From NCBI GenBank assembly GCA_001784175.1, contig MFPR01000044.1:44491-64490 (forward strand): a DNA stretch of 20,000 nucleotides, read 5' to 3'. The translations under genes were made by a program, and so were the position numbers. Below are positions 17,201 through 20,000 of the stretch, piece after piece. Within the stretch, counting starts at the first letter, position 1, and every line of letters starts with the position of its first letter. The notes under the pieces were generated by a model that was not told the DNA's origin, searched no databases, and saw nothing but the letters and a program-made list of their open reading frames with translations. This DNA is from Candidatus Lindowbacteria bacterium RIFCSPLOWO2_12_FULL_62_27. Lineage in GTDB: Bacteria > Lindowbacteria > 2-12-FULL-62-27.

Positions 17201-20000
17201 GATTTCGACACCTGGATCGTGTAGGTGTCCCCCGTCCCACTCCACGTGAACGTGGGCGTTGTGTCGTTCGTCTCCGCGCTGTCCGATGGATTTGCCAGAC
17301 TCACCGTCACGCCCGTGTCGATGACCAGCACGCGGGCGGCCGACGTCTCGTAGTTTCCCGCGTCATCGAGCGCGACCACCCGCCAGAAGTACGTATCCGC
17401 GCCGTATCCGCCGGCCGGCGTGTACGTCAACGACGCCGTCGTCTTGCTGTCCACCACCGTGCCGAAGCCGCCCGCTTTCGACACCTGCAGCGTGTACGTG
17501 TCGCCGGTCCCGCTCCACGTGAACGTGGGCGTCGTGTCGTTCGTCTCCGCGCTGTCCACCGGGCTTGTCTGGCTCACCGTCACGCACGTGTCGATAAACA
17601 ATACACGCGCGGCCGGCGTCTCAAAGTTCCCCGCGTCGTCGCTTGCGATCACGCGCCAGAAATATGTGTCCGCGGCGTACCCGCCGGCCGGCGTGTACGT
17701 CGTCGACGACGTCGTCTTGCTGTCCACCACCGTTCCGAATCCGCCCGATTTCGACACCTGCAGCGTGTACGTGTCGCCGGTCCCGCTCCACGCGAACGTC
17801 GGGGTCGTGTCGTTCGTCTCGGCGCTGTCCACCGGGCTTGCCAGACTCACCGTCACGCTCGTGTCGATGACCAGCGCACGCGCCGCCGCCGTCTCGTGGT
17901 TCCCGGCGTCGTCGCTCGCAATCACCCGCCAGAAATACGTGTCCGCACCATATCCGCTCGACGGCGCGTACGTCGTTGACGACGTCGTCTTGCTGTCCAC
18001 CATCGCGGCGAAGTCGCCCGCTTTCGACACTTGCAGCGTGTACGTGTCCCCCGTCCCGCTCCACGTGAATGTGGGCGTTGTGTCGTTCGTCTCCGCACTG
18101 TCGGCAGGGCTTGCCAGGCTCACCGTCACGCCCGTGTCGATCACCAGAACCCGCGACACCGTCGTGTCGTGATTGCCTGAAATCGTGCCGGCCGTTACAC
18201 GCCAGTAATAGGTGTCGGCCGGGTAGCCGCCGCTCGGCGTGTAGGTCACGGAAGAGGTGGTCTTGCTGTCGAATATGGAGCCGAACGCGCTGCTCTTTGA
18301 AATCTGAATCGTGTACGTGTCGCCGTTCCCGCTCCACGTGAAGCTCGGCGTTGTATCGTTCGTCTCGGCGCCCTCCGCCGGGGTCGACAGGCTCACGGAC
18401 ACCGCCGTGTCGATGATCAACAGGCGTACAGACGTCACACCGGTATTTCCGGCCTGGTCCGCCACGACGACGCGCCAATAGTACGTATCGGCGGCATAGT
18501 AGGCGGCCGGCGTGTAGGTGGCCCCGCCGGTGGTCTGGCTGTCGAAGATCGCGCCGAACCCGGCGGTTTTCGAAACTTGGAGCGTATAGGTGTCGCCATC
18601 CCCGCTCCACGTGAAGGTCGGCATCGTGTCGCTTGTCTTGGTCGAATCCTCCGGACTGGTCTGGCTCACGGTCACGCCGGTGTCGAGGTAGAGAACGCGG
18701 CTTGCGCTCGTCTCATGATTTCCCGCGGCATCGATCGCGGCGACCCGCCAGTAATAGGTTTCCGCCGCATACCCGGTCGACGGCGTGTACGTCACGGCGG
18801 ACGAGGTCAGACTGTCAGCGAGGGCGCCGAACGCCGCCTGCTTTGAAATCTGAAACACATAGGTATCGCCCGCGCCGCTCCACGAAAACGCCGGCGTCGT
18901 GTCGTTCGTCCGGGTCGAATCGGCGGGCGACGTGACGCTCACCGTCACACTCGTGTCGAGAACGATCATGCGGACGGCCGTCGTCTCGAAATTCCCCGCC
19001 TCGTCCCATGCGATCACGCGCCAATAGTACGTGTCCTCCGGATAGCCCGACGGCGTGTACGTCAGCGCGGCCGTCGACGTACTGTCACGGAGCGTGCCAA
19101 ACGTGCCGCTCATGGATATCTGAATCTGGTAGGTGTCGCCTGTTCCGCTCCAGGCAAAGGCCGGCGTTGTGTCGTTCGTCCGGGTCGTATCCGCCGGGCT
19201 GGTCAAACTGACGGTGACGATCGTGTCGATCAACAGAAACCGCGATGCGGACGTTTCGAAATTTCCCGCCTTGTCGCCGGCGATCACGCGCCAGAAATAT
19301 GTGTCCGCGCCATAACTGCTCGACGGCGAATAGCTGGTTCCATTCGTGGTCGACGCCTCATACAAAACGGCAAACGTGCTGACCTTCGCAATTTGAATCG
19401 TATACGTGTCGCCTGTCCCGCTCCACGTGAACGTCAGCGTCGTGTCGTTCGTCTCGGCTGAATCTGACGGGGCCGTCAAACTCACGCTTACGATCGTGTC
19501 CACCTTGATCATCCGCGCGGCTGTCGTCTCGTAGTTCCCTGCCGTGTCCTTCGCCACCACCCGCCAATAGTACGTGTCCGTCGCATACCCGGGACTCGGC
19601 GTGTACCCCAGCCCCCCCGTCGACTGGCTGTCGTAAATCGTCCCGAAGGACGTGCTCGTCGAAATCTGAAACGTGTACGTCTCTCCATCCCCCGTCCACG
19701 TGAAGCTCGGCGTCGTGTCGTTCGTCTCGTACGTGTCCGACGGACTCGTCAAACTCACGCTCACCTGCGTGTCCACCACCACCCTCCGCAACACCGTCGT
19801 CTCGTAGTTCCCCGCATCGTCCCACCCCACCACTCGCCAATAGTACACCGCAGGCGCGTACCCCGGACTCGGCGTGTATGTCGCGCTCGTCACCGTCGCC
19901 ACATCGTGGATCGTCGCAAACGTCGATAATTTCGATACCTGCACCGTGTACGTGTCCCCCGTCCCGCTCCACGTAAAGGCCGGCGTCGTGTCGTTCGTCT
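14242..20000 (-). CDS. Giant repetitive surface protein/adhesin (5'-truncated; >1,900 aa) with Ig/FN3-like repeats and a T9SS type-A/FlgD-like C-terminal sorting domain
   Basis: Frame stays open to the window edge (TNDTTPAFTWSGTGDTYTVQVS...), so the GTG at 19944 is internal. 16 repeats L.SP.D..ETNDTTPTFTWSGTGDTYTLQVSK...Y.ADTYYWRV.A.D.AGN.ET, two further Ig-like domains, an HFS motif, and C-terminal VIVYPNPY...VRVFTVAGREL...WDL...VASGVYLMVI...KKVAIIK. Confidence 0.88.
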   Translation of the reverse strand, partial: TNDTTPAFTWSGTGDTYTVQVSKLSTFATIHDVATVTSATYTPSPGYAPAVYYWRVVGWDDAGNYETTVLRRVVVDTQVSVSLTSPSDTYETNDTTPSFTWTGDGETYTFQISTSTSFGTIYDSQSTGGLGYTPSPGYATDTYYWRVVAKDTAGNYETTAARMIKVDTIVSVSLTAPSDSAETNDTTLTFTWSGTGDTYTIQIAKVSTFAVLYEASTTNGTSYSPSSSYGADTYFWRVIAGDKAGNFETSASRFLLIDTIVTVSLTSPADTTRTNDTTPAFAWSGTGDTYQIQISMSGTFGTLRDSTSTAALTYTPSGYPEDTYYWRVIAWDEAGNFETTAVRMIVLDTSVTVSVTSPADSTRTNDTTPAFSWSGAGDTYVFQISKQAAFGALADSLTSSAVTYTPSTGYAAETYYWRVAAIDAAGNHETSASRVLYLDTGVTVSQTSPEDSTKTSDTMPTFTWSGDGDTYTLQVSKTAGFGAIFDSQTTGGATYTPAAYYAADTYYWRVVVADQAGNTGVTSVRLLIIDTAVSVSLSTPAEGAETNDTTPSFTWSGNGDTYTIQISKSSAFGSIFDSKTTSSVTYTPSGGYPADTYYWRVTAGTISGNHDTTVSRVLVIDTGVTVSLASPADSAETNDTTPTFTWSGTGDTYTLQVSKAGDFAAMVDSKTTSSTTYAPSSGYGADTYFWRVIASDDAGNHETAAARALVIDTSVTVSLASPVDSAETNDTTPTFAWSGTGDTYTLQVSKSGGFGTVVDSKTTSSTTYTPAGGYAADTYFWRVIASDDAGNFETPAARVLFIDTCVTVSQTSPVDSAETNDTTPTFTWSGTGDTYTLQVSKAGGFGTVVDSKTTASLTYTPAGGYGADTYFWRVVALDDAGNYETSAARVLVIDTGVTVSLANPSDSAETNDTTPTFTWSGTGDTYTIQVSKSGGFGTVVDSKTTASLTYTSSGGYGADTYFWRVIASDDAGNFETSAARALFIDTGVTVSQASPPDSAETNDTTPTFTWSGTGDTYTIQVSKSSAFGALADSATTGAVTYTPAAGYPADTYFWRVIASTSAGSYDTSLVRLLVVDTSIAVSLTSPSDSAETNDPTPTFTWSGTGDTYTLQVSKTAGFGTLVDSKTPAALAYTPTTGYSADTYFWRVIASDDAGNHETSAARALFIDTGVTVSLATPADTTGTNDTTPTFTWNGTGDTYALQVSKSSAFGVLVDSKTTASLTYTPAGGYAADTYFWRVIASDDAGNFETSAARALFIDTGVTVSQTSPADSVETNDTTPTFTWNGTGDTYTLQVSKTAGFGTVVDSKTTTAVTYTPSSGYGSDTYYWRVTAQDAAGNAETSAARALVIDTAVTVALASPSDSATTTDSFQKLTWSGTGDTYTVQVARDSLFVTMVDSKVTSGTSHTPLNGFVANTYYWRVGAQDRSGNVETTAYRTFRVDSGAPPVVQITAPDSGVITDSLTITIKGTVLATFDTPTSVLFRINGVDVTDTAPVDSMGAFMTTRTFTGTGTQTITARAVGASGFAGEDTRAIVIDTSPPTAKFKSRKPVDTDVVTTLTAEVRSYVPIATLMITQNSDTATGLAVGADSRIFSATATVPLVKGQNRFILKAMDTTGRLLMDTYDIYKVDYMMVAGNGAPITFPELSQYDTWRGAVYFSDTVMTMISTPVYDSTKKAYGDKLAVDLQPSNVGSLFTIQRAGNSKDLKLGTDDRITRMRFTAFEINLYTETGADVGSERSAFGAVRLLWKPASGSDLAGLPLSAMKFHTLNEATGGWEAVTGSAWDAGQNAVIGAPFHFSFYAVFPDTGKLAASDLSKVIVYPNPYIPYDGIDENGKPPLPGDFTTGIIVDNISADITVRVFTVAGRELFNRKVTGAGRFQWDLSTIDPIGGQMVASGVYLMVITDNKTGQRVTKKVAIIK
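15680..20000 (-). repeat. Coding tandem repeat array, 273-bp (91-aa) period, at least 16 units
   Basis: Equivalent GTGTCGTTCGTC-like anchors at 15896, 16169, 16442, 16715, 16988, 17261, 17534, 17807, 18080, 18353, 18626, 18899, 19169, 19442, 19715 and 19988. All spacings are 273 bp except one of 270 bp. Confidence 0.95.

Noticed and set aside
16531-17979. 482-aa Arg-rich repetitive plus-strand ORF and other alternative-frame ORFs in the array
   Set aside because: They only mirror the 273-bp coding repeats on the opposite strand or in another frame.
19942-19944. GTG start of the giant protein given by the ORF track
   Set aside because: The frame and the repeat continue to the window edge, and there is no signal peptide here; the true start is upstream of the window.
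15680-20000. Possible CRISPR array or diversity-generating retroelement repeats
   Set aside because: The period is a multiple of 3 with in-frame protein conservation throughout; there are no unique spacers, cas genes or reverse transcriptase, and no evident adenine-specific variation.

Overview
High-GC bacterial DNA with two convergent gene blocks. Plus strand: 3' end of a HATPase/STAS-like (DUF4325-type) gene, then a sugar-utilisation operon preceded by a LacI/cre-type operator and a sigma70-like promoter. The operon has a CUT1 substrate-binding protein fused to a permease, a second permease, a GlmA-like GH35 glycosidase, a TPR/CBM32 lipoprotein, a MalK-type ATPase and two tandem membrane GGDEF diguanylate cyclases. 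Minus strand: a translationally coupled trio. First is a giant surface protein (>1,900 aa, start outside the window) with at least 16 tandem 273-bp Ig/FN3-like repeats, an HFS putative autoproteolysis motif and a T9SS type-A-like C-terminal sorting domain. It is followed by a PorV/PorQ-like beta-barrel and an exported WD40+TPR protein. A single REP/BoxC-like hairpin supplies the GH35 stop codon. No rRNA, tRNA, CRISPR array or transposase was seen. All family assignments are from motif recognition, not database searches.
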